From NCBI RefSeq assembly GCF_964188315.1, contig NC_135662.1, forward strand, positions 42,532,001 through 42,596,000: a DNA stretch of 64,000 bases, written 5' to 3'. This DNA comes from Podarcis muralis (Eukaryota). The position numbers were made by a program, and so were the translations under genes. The first letter of the stretch is position 1. Each line of letters begins with the position of its first letter. Below the pieces are notes generated by a model. The model did not search any database and was not told where the DNA came from. It worked only from the letters and a program-made list of their open reading frames with translations. Shown here in pieces: positions 24,375 to 37,041 of the stretch.

Positions 24375-24927
24375 CTGAAGACATGTAAAGATGGAAGCGA
24401 GTAGTAGTGCTGTACCAAAACTGGTCCTCCAATGTGTCAAAAGTTGTACTTTCTTTGAAAAAGAGGCTTTCATTTTCTGCCTTATTCTCAGTGCGTTTTA
24501 GAATTCCTTAAGAATTTTTGTGAGTGTGGGCTTTCAAACTTTCATTGCATGGTGGCCACTGGCTAAGGGTGGTAGTGGTTTTGAATGGGTTTTAGGGGGT
24601 GGGGTGGAGAAATGGGATAAAATTTCAGCACAGCATTAGTAGATACTCTGTGCCCTGTTCTTGATAGAGCTGCAGTAACAGTTCTTCCATGATGCATTTG
24701 ACCTTTATCAAAACATTGGTCTCAGTTCAAGAAGCTTCAAGCTGGTCTAGCCTTCTCACCAGAGCTGGCCCAAGTCAGTACGGTGCCTGAGGTGGAGCAG
24801 CAAATGAAATATATGCTGGCTACCCATCCCACATTACCTAGATCAACAACTTATACTTAACTGGTTTCTAGACTAGAGGCAGAGATAGATGGAGATGAGG
24901 AGTATTAACAGTTGCCATAGAAATCAC

Positions 24928-25311
24928 AATTCAAAGTGCTAGTGCTGACCTTGAAAGCCCTAAACGGCCTCGGCCCAGTATACCTGAAGGAGCATCTCCA
25001 CCCCCATCGTTGGTCCAGCGCCGAGGGCCTTCTTGCAGTTCCCTCACTGCAATAAGTGAGGCTACAGGGAACCAGGCAGAGGGCCTTCTCGGTAGTGGCA
25101 CACGACCTGTGGAATGCCCTTCCATCAGATGTCAAGGAAATAAACAACTATCTGACTTTTAGAAGACATCCGAAGACAGCCCTGTTTAGGGAAGTTTATA
25201 ATGTTTAATGTTTTATTCTGTTTTTAATGCTCTGTTGAAAGCCACCCAGAGTAGCTGGGGAAACCCAACCCGATAGGTGGGGTAGAAATAATAAATTACT
25301 ACTACTACTAC
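24928..25311 (+). mobile_element. L2 LINE 3' fragment (ORF2 C-terminus, 3' UTR, tail)
   Basis: Encodes ...FKVLVLTLKALNGLGPVYLKEHL..., typical L2 C-terminus, then AGGGCCTTCTCGGTAGTGG and an (ACT)n tail. Confidence 0.85.
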
Positions 25312-28300
25312 TGGGGAGTGGTGCTAGAGATCTAGATACCTAGGTGCACCATGAGGAAAGCTTGAGTGCAGATGACACAAGGGCAGGAGGACAGAAATGA
25401 AACACTAAGGATTATTTGCCCTGAAGAGAGTGAGGTAGAAGGAGAGGGTTTCAGAAGTTTCATGCTGACCTGAGAATTTATGGTCACAGATGTTTAGCAG
25501 AACTCTGTGAGTGACCAAACACCAAGCTTGTGGGCCACATACCACAACCTGCTTTTCAATATGTGCAGACCATGACTGTCTCAAACTGGTTTCCAAAGGA
25601 CAACAAATATCCTGATGCAAGCCACCCTTCTGCTCGAGTGTTACACAGGGACATTAAAAGCATGGCTTGTTCATTTGCTGTAGTTGTACAGCGAAACACC
25701 CAGGTAAGGAAAAAACAGGTAAAGAGGCCACTTGGCTCAATTTCCAGGGAAGAGTAAGCAGTAGTGGGCTCTGTTCTGGCTCTGATGATAGCCTGAGCAC
25801 CTCCCTTGTTAAGTTTTAGGCGCTCAGGTAAGGCCTTTGTGTTTGCCTCAGCTAATAAATCTTGCTCTAGCCCCACTTCCCACCAGCATGCACCCCCTGA
25901 CAGATTGTCCCCAAGGGAATGCAGCCCTCAGCAAACAACAGTTTATCTATCCCTATTCCGTGCTAAGATGCTCTGCTGCTTGTTGTTTTACAAAAATAAA
26001 ATAAGATCTATTTTATTGAACTGCCAAGTGGCTATTGCATAAGGTACCGGAGCGACTGGAGATCTCTTCCTGTACCCTCCGGACTAACACTGACATCGCT
26101 GAGAGAATCTGGATAGACAGGTGTGCAGCAGCAGTGGGACAAGAATCATAGCAATATTCTGATAATTCAAGGGAATTGTTGAAAAGGACGTCCATTATTA
26201 AGGGGTAAACTCATTGCCATCACCAAAATGGCCATTTTCACATTATACTGATGGATCAGAAGAATGGCATTGTGAGTTTCATCCAATTGTTATATGATTA
26301 TCTTCATTAAAACACTTCAATCCAATTACAACAATTGATATCCCCCATCCAATTCATATTGTCAACCCTTGTGCTGCCTAATGATGAGTTGATGAGCTTT
26401 CATCAGGATAGTCCTGCACCCTCTCTCACTCTGCATCCTTCCCCCCTAAATCGAAGATGTCACTGAAGATTAAAATTAGACCTCACATTTGCAAATGGAT
26501 TGTTTTCATTACAAAGCCAGTATTAGTGCTTAATTATATCACATGCATTCAGGTACATACCATTGCCTAGCAATACATATCATTAAATCCAAAAATAATT
26601 AGCTGACCTTTTCAGAAAGTGGTTTCCATGTCAGGTCTTTGACCTTCTTAGATTTTGCCTCGAACTTTTGGCACACCATCAAGTGCAAAATTAGGGCTGA
26701 TAATAAAGGCGAGACTCGCAGTGGCTTGAACTGTTTCACCAGGCAGTGATGACAGCATTTGAAATGTGTTAAAGGCTCTAATGTAAATTATTTAGATTCT
26801 CTGCATGACTCATGATGCAAACTCCTTCTGCTTGAAGAGCCCAATCAATCCTCTTGCTTGATGGCAATTATAATTGAAGACAACAGCAGTCATAGGGGCA
26901 AATATTGTTCAGCCATCTCATTCTCTTACCAGCGTGCAGATATAATTGGGGCAGCCCTCGCTTTCATTGTTACCGCAGAATCACATTACAATGATTTAAC
27001 CATGTAGTCCGCAAATAGGAATCCTTCTAAATCTTCAGGCGAATGTGTGGAAAATTCAGCAGATATATTATGGGGATAATTATCCAGCCTCAGAACAATA
27101 TGATGCCGTAGCTATTCTCATACATCATGTGTGCTAGAATATCCCTTTCAGTGATGTGAGCAGTAAACCAAGTACTTCAAATCTGCAAAGAACATCTGCT
27201 CAATATTTGCTCCATTGCCTTGTCAATGGGGGTCTTACAATTAATTTCTTAATGCAATATATTTTGGGCATCATAAATGTGATGATTTTGAAAGCTTTAC
27301 CTATCTGAAGTTTTGCGCATATATATATATATATATCCAACAACCCCAAACTATTTAAAATCTCTCTCAATAGAAGTATTCAGCCAGCAGCGTTCAACAT
27401 CAAGGAGGGGAAAAATGTTCTACAGAGCCATTATCTTAATAATCAGTTTTGCAAACCCAGTTAGAAAGACACTTTTAAGATAAATTAGGAAAGTGGAGGG
27501 GTTGTCACTAAAACATGCATGTAGTGAAGGGAATGAATTCAAAGGAGTGAAATGCCAATGAAACAGTTCAAAAAGTATAAGAAGCTGCCACAAGATCAAA
27601 CACACACTTTCCTGAGTATTTTTTTTTTTAGTCTATGTCATAAAACTCTCATGTTTTTTGGCAGTTTTAGAAAGTGGGAGTGGTGATTATTTTAACTATT
27701 ATCTCCAGAAATAATGTTTTTGCAGAAGCTGATTTAATGAGGTAAGGTCTGGTGATCTGCTAATTAAAATTCTAAAATTAGAACAAATGACAAATGTGGT
27801 GTCAGAATTTCCTGGCTGAAGAAGAACCTGCAAGTTAACAGTGATCAATGAATAGCTTTGGCTTCATGACACTGCATATTCATTTCCTGTACCTCCTCTT
27901 TTATCTGTTAATTACTACCACTTTTTGGATTAGGAGTAACGGAATCTAGGTATTTTCCAACTGAAAATTCCCCATGAATATGTATCACTTGGCTAATGTA
28001 TGACGGATTGCGAGAGGACACAATACCCTATATCCTGGATTAAAAATGTCTTTGAGAGACATTTTTGACAGGAAAAGTGTCATGATTCAAAGTACATATT
28101 TTTGAAAAAAAGATTTCAAAGCTCAGTGTGTGTTTCTTGTTCATGAAAAGGAAAAAAACACAGATCCAAAAAGAAAAATGTAGACGGAACTCATCAGAAA
28201 GATGAAGAATGGTGTAATAGAACATCTAACACGAGTTGACACAGATTTGATCTGGACATGAAACAACCAGTTTGACATAACCTGTGAGCCTCTGCCCCTG

Positions 28301-28454
28301 GAAGATGGCAAGACGAATATAGTTGCCAAGATTCTGTTTCAAATAGTTATGAGCTACCAGGACCAGAGTTCAAGCTACAGATAGAACGAAACTGAGGGAT
28401 AGGGAACGTGCCTGAGAGCCAATTGCAACTAATATTTTGTTATGTGCAATATGC

Positions 28455-28520
28455 AGAAGTAATCCCCCATTGAATTCAATGGGACTGACTCCCAGGCAAA
28501 TGTGTTTAGGAGTGCTGCCT
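28455..28520. mobile_element. Short palindromic squamate repeat (CCCATTGAATTCAATGGG type)
   Basis: Palindromic core CCCATTGAATTCAATGGG; degenerate relatives at ~15850, ~30250, ~35600, ~42050-42200, ~46010 and ~50680-50770. Confidence 0.6.
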
Positions 28521-28579
28521 TGGGGTGCAATTCAGCATAGCACTATGGCAATTGTTCTGTCCTCACAGGTTATTCTGCT

Positions 28580-28710
28580 TGCCAGACAGAACATTATCAT
28601 CATCATCATTTAAATTGGTATGCCACCCTATACCCACAGATCCCAGGGCAGTTCACAACATAAAATCACAATATAAAAAACACAAAACACATAATGAAAA
28701 TAAAAACGAA
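28580..28710 (-). mobile_element. LINE (L2-like) 3' tail
   Basis: Minus strand GTTGTGAACTGCCCTGGGATCTGTGGGTATAGGGTGGCATACCAATTTAAATGATGATG; similar tails at ~1770-1830 and ~51820-51915. Confidence 0.55.
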
Positions 28711-29493
28711 GGCAACACAATAACCCACTCACTGTTCTGTGGGTCCTCCCAACTCCCCCCCAGCTAATGTGGGGGTTCAGAGGGAGAAAAGGGGCGGGGA
28801 GCTCAAATGTGCTTGTGGAAACCCTTCATTGACATTAGCTGAATCCTGCCTTTAATTATTGACATGGACATCTCATAGGGCTAAGGTATAATCTTAACAA
28901 TCTGCCTGAACAGAACAAGGATTTGAGCCAAGTATCAGGAAGGATCAGGGATGGATACATCCAGGCAGGTAGCAGAGATTCCTGAAGCAGACACAATGAA
29001 TTTGGTTTCAGAAGCATATAGTACGTGAACTTGCTTCAAGAGAAACATCAAAAAATGCAGCTAATCACTGGTTTAGACAGTAGATCATGATTTAAGAAGA
29101 CCAGGTTGTGGGAAATTGACCATGCTACCTGCAGTCAACTGACCTTGGTCTCCTACACATAGCTCTCAGTGGTGTGGAAGCCACTATTCCATGGTGCCAT
29201 TGTATACCCTGGGGATTGCTTAAAATTTTAAATTTCACATCTTCTGTTAGAGATATGGGTTTGCGTCCAAGGTTAGTTCTGTGCAGAATAGACCCATTAA
29301 AATTCGTGGACATGACTAATTTAGGTTCATTAATTCCATTAATTCATTAATTTGTGTAGAACTTAAGGAGCTAGGGAAGGGGAATTTGATTCTGTTTTGA
29401 TTTAAATTGAACTTTCTCAAACAATACACAACCAAAATTTGCATGTCTCTGAATTTTGCAATGTAGATCTCCAGCCAAATGCCCATACTAGCG

Positions 29494-29545
29494 CAGTGGT
29501 TCCCAAATAGCGGCCGTGGACCCCAGGGGGTCCGAGGCACCATTC
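29494..29545. mobile_element. Truncated hAT MITE left end
   Basis: CAGTGGTTCCCAAA...GTGGACCCCAGGGGGTCC is a typical hAT terminus; no right end seen. Confidence 0.55.
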
Positions 29546-31027
29546 ACATAACAAAATTGTCAAAGGTAGGGAGTCCATGGCTTGGCTTTTGAAGAACAGA
29601 GGGTCTGCAGTACTTAGCTAATTGAGAACACCTTAAATTCCTTCCAAAGGAGCCCAGGTGAGAGCAATGAAGAGGCAGAGAAGCAGCAACAGATGCCAAC
29701 AGCACCAGTGAGAAGGAAGGATCACTGAGAAAAGGGGACATATTAAGGATGTTTTGCCTAAGAGTGCCCCGAAACCTGGAGTTGGCATCGAGAAAGTTCA
29801 CATGGGAGGCACTGTGATGCTGAAATGATTGTATGGAACATAAACCGTCAGGAGGATCATAGTGACACTTTCCCCAAATTAATCTGAAATTTGATTGTGC
29901 AGTTGGCACTATCTGTGGATGTAGTTATCGTTACCAAACCTTGTGAGTAAAATTATGTCATAATTGATCTGATGTTCAAAATTCACAAATGTTTAGGGCT
30001 GCTAATAGGTTTAAAATTAGATTGTCAGTGATTAATAAACACATTAAAATAAATATCACCAAATCTCAGTACAGGTGATACTTTGAGGATATTTTATGGC
30101 AATTTAGTTGTTTAGCTGTACCATTTAATCAAATTACTGCTTCCATTCCAAGCCCAATTTAGAGTGATAACTTGATTATCAGCATGAGTCAGGAAAGAAC
30201 ATCTCTGTGTGAATGAATTACACAAACAAGCGCAAATATATCTAAGAGGACAATCCTGAGCATGCTTATCGGGAAGTAATCCTATTGAACACGAAGCGAC
30301 AAATAAAAAAGCATTGCCTCGTATGATTCAGAATGCAATTCTTTCAAAGCGGATCATGGCAAAATGTTGAAGAGAAAGACGGAGGCATGGATATGCACAA
30401 AACGCTTCAGGGATGCCACAAAACATTTTGTGCAGAATAATTTTAATAACAAATCTGCAATTATTTAATTCATGCTTATTGTTAATGCCTGTCAGGGAAC
30501 TGTTAGCAGGCATTTAACTTTCCACTCTCTGAATTATCCTGGCTGCCACATGCTTGTCTTTCTAATTGTATCTTTTCTCTGACTTGATCCTAGAGCAAAA
30601 TGATTTCCCACATGTGCTCTCACCTTTTGACTGTGCCAACTGCAAAGCTAATCAGCTGAAGATTGGATCAGCCGCCCAAAATAGCAATATCTCATTTTCC
30701 ACCTCTCTCTTTTAGGTATAAGATAACATCGATGACTATTTGTATGGTCACCTGCACTACAACCCCCTCTTCCCCCAGTCCAGATGTTAAGGGGCTGTCT
30801 ATGAGCTTTAACATGCACATTTGATTTGGGTTTGTATTTCTAGTATTTGTGTCCATTTGAGTGTGACTATGGATTTTCATGGCTTTTGAATGGTGCCTTG
30901 TGGTTTTGCAAGGTTGATGGTTCTGTGTAAGCAAGGACTGAGACAGCCTTGCCATGAGCACAATAGGAAGCAACTGCCTAAACTGGCAGAAGCGGAGAAA
31001 CAACACGTACTACACAAATAGCTATTG

Positions 31028-32140
31028 TGTCAGAGACTGGCTGGATGAGGAAGAGTGGTGGAAGCTACCCAATGCCAGGGTGGCAGAGGAACCAACCCCC
31101 ACGGCAGGTTGCCAGGAATGGATAAGACAAGGAAAAGTCCTCAGCACCTGCTTTTTATTCAATATTTACAGAGAGAGGCTTAGGAATGCGAGCCTCTTGG
31201 AATAATGATGTTCTCCCGAGTAAATCTCCACCTACCTTCTTTCTCACTTTCTCCTTCGTCAACAGCACCACCACCCCTACAGTTGCCGCTTAGGGACATC
31301 TGTCTCTGACCTCTTTGCTCTCTTACTTTTAAGGCTTGCTGAGTTCTGCGAGATGGTGGGTCTAGACTGCTTTTTAGTGATAACATGTCAGCCAGCTGCT
31401 CCAGCTCTGTCTCCTTCCTTCTTTCCCATTATTTCCCAAGTTCTCCCCTCATCTTCCTCTGAGCTGTGACCTCCTTCAAACCCCTGTTGTAATTCTGAAC
31501 TGTCGTCTTCTTCTCTGGAAGGGTCAGGCTGGGGAGGTGGTCTCCACCATTCCTCCTCTGCCCAGTCCCTGTCATCCACCCAAGAGCCCCCCAGGGAAGG
31601 GGCAGAAGAAGATGGCTTAGATCCTGGATCCTGGTGGTGGGACACCAGCCACACCTCAGAGGAGGGGACAAGCTGGGAGGTACTGGAAGCAGGAAGCCTG
31701 AAGGATCACAAAGAGACTGAAGCAGGCAAGCGGCTCAGCACAGGGCAGGGTGATGCAGCGGCGGAGCTTATGACCATGCATACCCATATGCCCTCCTGTG
31801 CGCCACAGTTCAGGGTAGGAGAGGGGCAGAGAAGCTGCTGCCCACTCTCCTTCTCTCTGTCAAGTCTGACCCGGCAGTGGAACTGCTACTCCACTGAAGG
31901 TTTCCAGTTTGGATGCAAGCTCTGACAGAGATGATAGAGGGAAGCCAGTCCTGCAGTTCTTCTGCAGATCCATCCTGATAGCTCTCTGGCCCCACTTACT
32001 CTTAGAACGTGAAGGATGTTTCATGTTGCTGAGCAACGAGCCAGACAGGCACACAGAGAGGTTCCTGGGGCTTGCGGTAGCAGAAGACTACAGGGGAGGA
32101 GCCCCAGCTTAGAAGGCTAGAGGCTGAAGGAGAAGCTTCA
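31028..32140 (+). mobile_element. LTR-like element, family 2 (outer), interrupted by an inverted relative
   Basis: Starts TGTCAGAGACTGG (VRDWLDEEEWWKLP); resumes at ~31575 with an open frame QEPPREGAEEDGLDPGSWWWD... to 31925; right boundary approximate. Confidence 0.6.
31073..31574 (-). mobile_element. LTR-like element, family 2 (inner, inverted)
   Basis: Minus strand starts TGACAGGGACTGG (DRDWAEEEWW) and ends ...CCTGGCA; AATAAA on minus (~31154-31159); its 3' part TTTTTATTCAATATTTACAGAGAGAGGCTTAG matches 61846-61960. Confidence 0.7.
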
Positions 32141-32240
32141 CACCAGTTCAAGCAACTTCTTCAATGGGGGAGTTTGCCTTTATGAGCTTCCTTGTATTTT
32201 TTCCTTTCCTTGATAAAGAAACTGACTGCAAGTTAACCTC

Positions 32241-32242
<2 letters not shown>

Positions 32243-32281
<39 letters not shown>
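32243..32281. repeat. (CT)n microsatellite
   Basis: Direct reading of sequence. Confidence 0.95.
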
Positions 32282-32283
<2 letters not shown>

Positions 32284-32775
32284 ACCTGTAAATGACCTGC
32301 TCCTCCTGTCAGCCCCATGACATATGCATACTTCAGCCTTCTTCAGTCTTTGGACTACAGTCCCCATCAGCCCAAGCCAGAAGGACAAATGACCATCCCA
32401 GGAATGTTGGGTGTTGTGGACCAAAACATCTGTTGGGCAGCAGGATGGGGAGATCTGGTGTACATTATAAAGAGATTTACAAGCAAAGGCTGTATGGCCA
32501 TAGCAGTGGACATCCTGCATCGACAGAGGGCTAGTATGCCTGTGCAGTGCCAATCTCTCTCTCCCCCCCCCCACCAATCTTGCCTTGCTCCATCCTATTA
32601 AGCAGTAGCAAAGCCACTCTTGGGAAGGCAGTAGAGTGACACTGCCTAGGGTGGTGATACTACTGCATTCACTTTGAAAAAGGTTTTACACACACAGAGA
32701 AATCTAAAGAATTATGGCTCCCTATATGCTTTTCTTGATAATGCTATATTATCTACAGATATGTAGGTCTTAGAG

Positions 32776-32893
32776 CAACTTTCCCCAACCTGGTGCCCTC
32801 CAGTTTTTGGACTACAACTGCCATCAGCCAAGCCAAGGATGATGGGAGTTGCAGTTAAAAAGCATCTGGAGGGCACAAGGTTGGAAAAGGCTG
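32776..32893. mobile_element. hAT-type fold-back MITE
   Basis: CCAACCTGGTGCCCTCCAG...GGACTACAAC / GTTGCAGT...CTGGAGGGCACAAGGTTGG inverted arms. Confidence 0.8.
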
Positions 32894-33029
32894 TATTAAG
32901 GGAAAGGGAAGTAAGAAAATTCTTCAGTTTTCTGCTTCAGTGAGAAAATAATGTGGCTGGTCTTGGGCAATGTCCACCTTGGCTGAAAGTGAGTGGGAGA
33001 GTAGTCATTTGATGATGTGCTTCAAGCAT

Positions 33030-33575
33030 CAAAATGTCTGGGGTCATTCTTGACTGTGCTCCAGTTCTTAAGTCCCCAAACTGCAGCAGGATCTCAAGGA
33101 GCGAGGACACTCCCAAAGAGGCTTCTAAAGTGGCCGAGTACTAGAAGATGTGGCTTGGGAGAAGGTCAAAGATCTCAGGAACTGGGTTGGACTGTGAGGG
33201 GAGTGTGTGTCCATCCCCTTCCAAGGAATTAGAGAACCGCGTTCAAGGAGTCCAGGGTAGATGCTTTTGTCTGGGTGCCCAGATGGGGGTAAATGGGCCA
33301 TAGCACTCTCCAGAACTTGCTGGGTTGCCCTGATTTGCTGTACAAAATAAGGCAATCCTTAACCCAAGATCATGCCTGTCAAACAAGCAACCAGCAGATG
33401 AGCTGGATGATTCAGGATACACACCAAATGCCTATGTCAAAGCCTATTGACATATGCAATCCATAAAGTTGTGGCCTGTTTAATCCCAAGACATTGTCCG
33501 GTGTTTTTTGTTTCTCTCATTGCCCCTGCTGGCCCCCAGCAATGGAAGGCTCACTGCGCTTGGGCCTGCAATCTT
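33030..33575 (+). mobile_element. Solo LTR-like element, family 1 copy C (decayed)
   Basis: CCGCGTTCAAGGAGTCCAGGG (H2 homologue), GCAACCAGCAG...GGATACACACCAAATGCCT and CATAAAGTTGTGGCC, closest to copy A; boundaries approximate. Confidence 0.6.
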
Positions 33576-34790
33576 AATTGCTTTATTATGAGAAATGATA
33601 TGCTTTATACTTTTCCCCAGTAAATCCTACTGAGAAAAATATGTAGAAGGTGTACATAATCCTCTCCTCTTGGATTATTTATTCACATTAAAGCTGAGCA
33701 CGGTTAGAATTACCTGTTTGTGGATATGAGGGAGACCAGCCATAACAAGGAACCAGGGAACTAATTATAAATCCTTTATTGAAACTCTGTCAATCAAAAT
33801 AAGAAATTCTGTATACCTATGAGGATCCCTGGCCTCTTTTTCTTTCCCAGCAAGGCTTCTCATGCAATGAACAGCAGATAAACAAATACTTTGCACTGAC
33901 CTGTGAAAAGGTTAAATATGAAGAGCGGAAGAAGAAAAGAGTCTAATTAGAACTGCACTGAATATTTGCAGCAGAGTTCACGCTTGTTGAGTTTTGCTAT
34001 TTCATATTGCCCGGCTGGCAGATTTGGTGAACTTTATAAAAAGACTTTGAACAGGCCTCTTACTAAGAGAGCGTGAGAGAGACCGCCAAGCGATCAGATT
34101 ACATGATTGAACTACCAAATTGAATCTAGATGAATTGAATTGTCAGTTAATGCTACCACAGAGACTGATGTTGGGCCAGGGAATATGTTAAGCGATGCCA
34201 AGGAATCAAGGTCAGTATTCTGAAATGGCTCTCTAGGTCAAGGGAGATATTTGCACTTTGCCAAACAGGGCCACTGTTTGTACAAATGGAACAAGATGAA
34301 TTTGAGAGTGACCCTAGGTTCTGCCTTTGCCTCCAGCCACAAATGGTTACAGTAGTGTTCCTTGCACATCCACTCTACCACACATTAAAACATGCCTGTT
34401 CAATGCTTGGCCCACAAGGCATCACCACTGAGACAGCAAATGTGAAGCAGCCTGCTGGGTTTTTGCTCTCTAAGACAGGTGGCAAAACTGGAAAGTTTAC
34501 TGAGTGTCTGCTGTTGGTATGATGTGTTTCATTTGATGGTTTACAACCTGGGCTAACCTGTAATGGCATCTTCAACAAGATATACCTTCAACTCTCTATT
34601 TTTTTATCTGATCCTGTAGCTAAGAGTTGACAGGCAACAAGGGAGATGGGGAATGACTCTATTAAACAAAGGAAACATTGGTCATATATCTGACCTCCGG
34701 TGGACTACAGCTCCCCCTCCGATATCACCTCAAAGGTGTCCATCCTCAGTCACTTTGAGATTGCTAAGATTCTGCTAGGGCTTTAAAATG

Positions 34791-35132
34791 CAGACCCTCC
34801 AAGTGTCCTTGTTTTCCAGGGACGTCCCTGATTTAGAAAGGCTGTCCCGGTTTATGATTTGATCCTGGAATGTCCCGTTTTCCTTAGAATGTCCCTATTT
34901 TCATTGGAGAAATGTTGGAGGGTATGGAGTTATCCAGCCCCTGAGCCACATGAAGGCAATCCTGTATAGGGAAGTTTTTGTTAATGTTTAATGTTTTATT
35001 GTGTTTTTATATATGTTGGAAGCTGCCCAGGGTGCTGGGACAAACCAATAAGATGCATGGGGTATAAATAGTAAAATTATCATTATGTGATGGGATGTCC
35101 CTATTTTCATTGCAGAAATGTTGGAGGGTGTG
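34791..35132 (-). mobile_element. Composite MITE with captured L2 tail (second copy)
   Basis: Reverse complement has the same order as 6860-7278; 6-bp TSD AAAATG at 34785-34790 and 35133-35138. Confidence 0.8.
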
Positions 35133-35779
35133 AAAATGGGACATTTCAATCTAAGCAGAATTTGTTTCAAATCTAAGTCAAATCAACATTTTATAAATGA
35201 TGAGACAAACAAAGAACAACTAAATATTGTATCATATTGAATCTTTAAGTCATTATGAGTACAGTAAGTATAGGTATAGGTTTTTCTTTTCTTCAAAAAT
35301 AATAGAAACACGGTTGAAATTGTATGTTGTTTATGCCCTGTCTGCCAAGAACTGTCTGCGCATCTTTAGGCCAAACAACGGCAAGATGGATTGCAGACCG
35401 TGCCAATTAGATTACAAACAGGCCAAGCTCAGGAGTCTTGGGTTAAAGAGTCAGGTTAAAGTGGCCTTCTAGAGACAAACTAGAGAATAAAAAATATGAG
35501 TGAAGCAAACAACAACAACACAAACTTTTCTTATCTCTATTTGGTATAACCTTTGGAATTCACATAATGTTTAAGGCAAAATACGATAGCTAACACAAGC
35601 TGCGATCCAATCCACAGAAGTCCTGTGGGTGTTCATCCGAGTAAGTATGCATAAGATGAATGTACAAATGGCTCAAATTTTCACATGCTGATATAAATGG
35701 CAATGTTATTCAGTTCAGTGAGGGAGGGAGGGATGAAGGGAGAGAGATAATATGTTTGCTCATATTTTGTTTCCTATAA

Positions 35780-36518
35780 TACTCCCCTCAGCGCCAGGGC
35801 GAGACAGCGTCCCGTGCCATGCTGAGGGAGAGACCAGCCACGTCAAGTTGCCAGGTGACCCATCAAGTCGCTTGGGGGGCATGGCCGGGGAAGATTTAAA
35901 CCATGGTGCGACTCTGAGGCTTCCTCTTTCAGCCTCGTGTTGCGGATCTCCTGCCCTCCCACCCCTTTTCCAGGTTGCATCATTGGCCTTGCTATGGATT
36001 TCGGTTGGTCGCTGTCAAGGGGCCTGGTAGGACTTTTTCCACTTGGCAAATTGGCACCAGCCACTTGGTTTTTGCCAACCTCATAGCAATCATCACAACT
36101 TTGTAACGTTTGCCGGTTAGGCATTAGAATAGCGATGTGTAGGGGAGGGGAGCTGCAGTCATCACCTGCTCCTCCATGCTTAAGGGTATTCCATTAAAGG
36201 AATCTGGGGGTGTGGATCTCGTCTGAAGCCCAGGGAGGGACTAGGGCCATGACACGACCCCGACGGGAACCCAGGGGATGCTTGAGTCAATCCACATCAG
36301 TGGGGCTCCCCCTGCTGCAGGTTTTCCCTTACCAGACTTCGTGCAAAGCGGGTAGGAGTCAGATATAGTCTGTTGGTGCCAATGCCTAAAGCCAATACTG
36401 CTCACATTCTGTAACCAATAAAGTTGCGGCCTAAATTTCCCCCATTAACATTTAACCTAAAATTCTGTGTCCTTGTGTCTTTATTCTCCTGGGGATGGCT
36501 TTGGGGCCTTGTCATGCA
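35780..36518 (+). mobile_element. Solo LTR-like element, family 1 copy D
   Basis: Collinear with copy B: CCTTGCTATGG, GGGGCCTGGTAGGA, TAGCAATCATCACAACTT, AAGGGTATTCCATTAAAGGAAT, GCCAATGCCTAAAGCCAATA, CAATAAAGTTGCGGCC; possible TSD ATAA. Confidence 0.78.
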
Positions 36519-36931
36519 ATAAGGGTCTGTTCTCAAATGGAGGCCTGATCTGTTTGTAATGCTAAGCATGAACGAGAAAGCATGCTGGTGCACAGAGCAA
36601 AGATTGCAGTGGCTTTGCTCCTCTCTTGCTCCTGCTGTGCATCTGAACCAGGGCTAGCAGCTTCCTTCATCCCAAACAAACCATGAACTGAAGCCATGGT
36701 TTGTTTTTGCGAATGAAGCCAGAAGCTTTCCCCCTTTCACGGCACATTTATAGCATTTTAAGGATCACTTTAGTTATTGCTGCAAAGAATTAAATGTCTT
36801 TCCCCTCAAGCATTATAAACATTAATTGAATGTTCCTGTTTCTAGATTCTGCTCACACCGAAACCGAGGGCTTAGCTAGATGTGGCAGAATCATGCATAA
36901 GAATTTGGATTCCTGCCAAATTGTTATAGAG

Positions 36932-37041
36932 CAGGCTTCCTCAACCTCGGCCCTCCAAATGTTTTGAGACTACAATTCCCAGCATCTCTAACCACTGGTC
37001 CTGCTAGCTAGGGATCATGGAAGTTGTAGGCCAAAAAATCT
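36932..37041. mobile_element. hAT MITE, right end missing
   Basis: Near-identical to 6685-6820 up to GGCCAAAAAATCT, then abuts copy E. Confidence 0.8.

Noticed and set aside
24069-24473. ORFs with poly-Glu, poly-Lys or poly-Arg runs
   Set aside because: Translations of the (TTC)n microsatellite beside an L2 tail.
28141-28260. CTGATGAG on the minus strand (also ~45650 minus and CTGATGA at ~57085/57128) as hammerhead ribozyme cores
   Set aside because: No stem II closing onto CGAAA and no matching cleavage stem could be built by eye.
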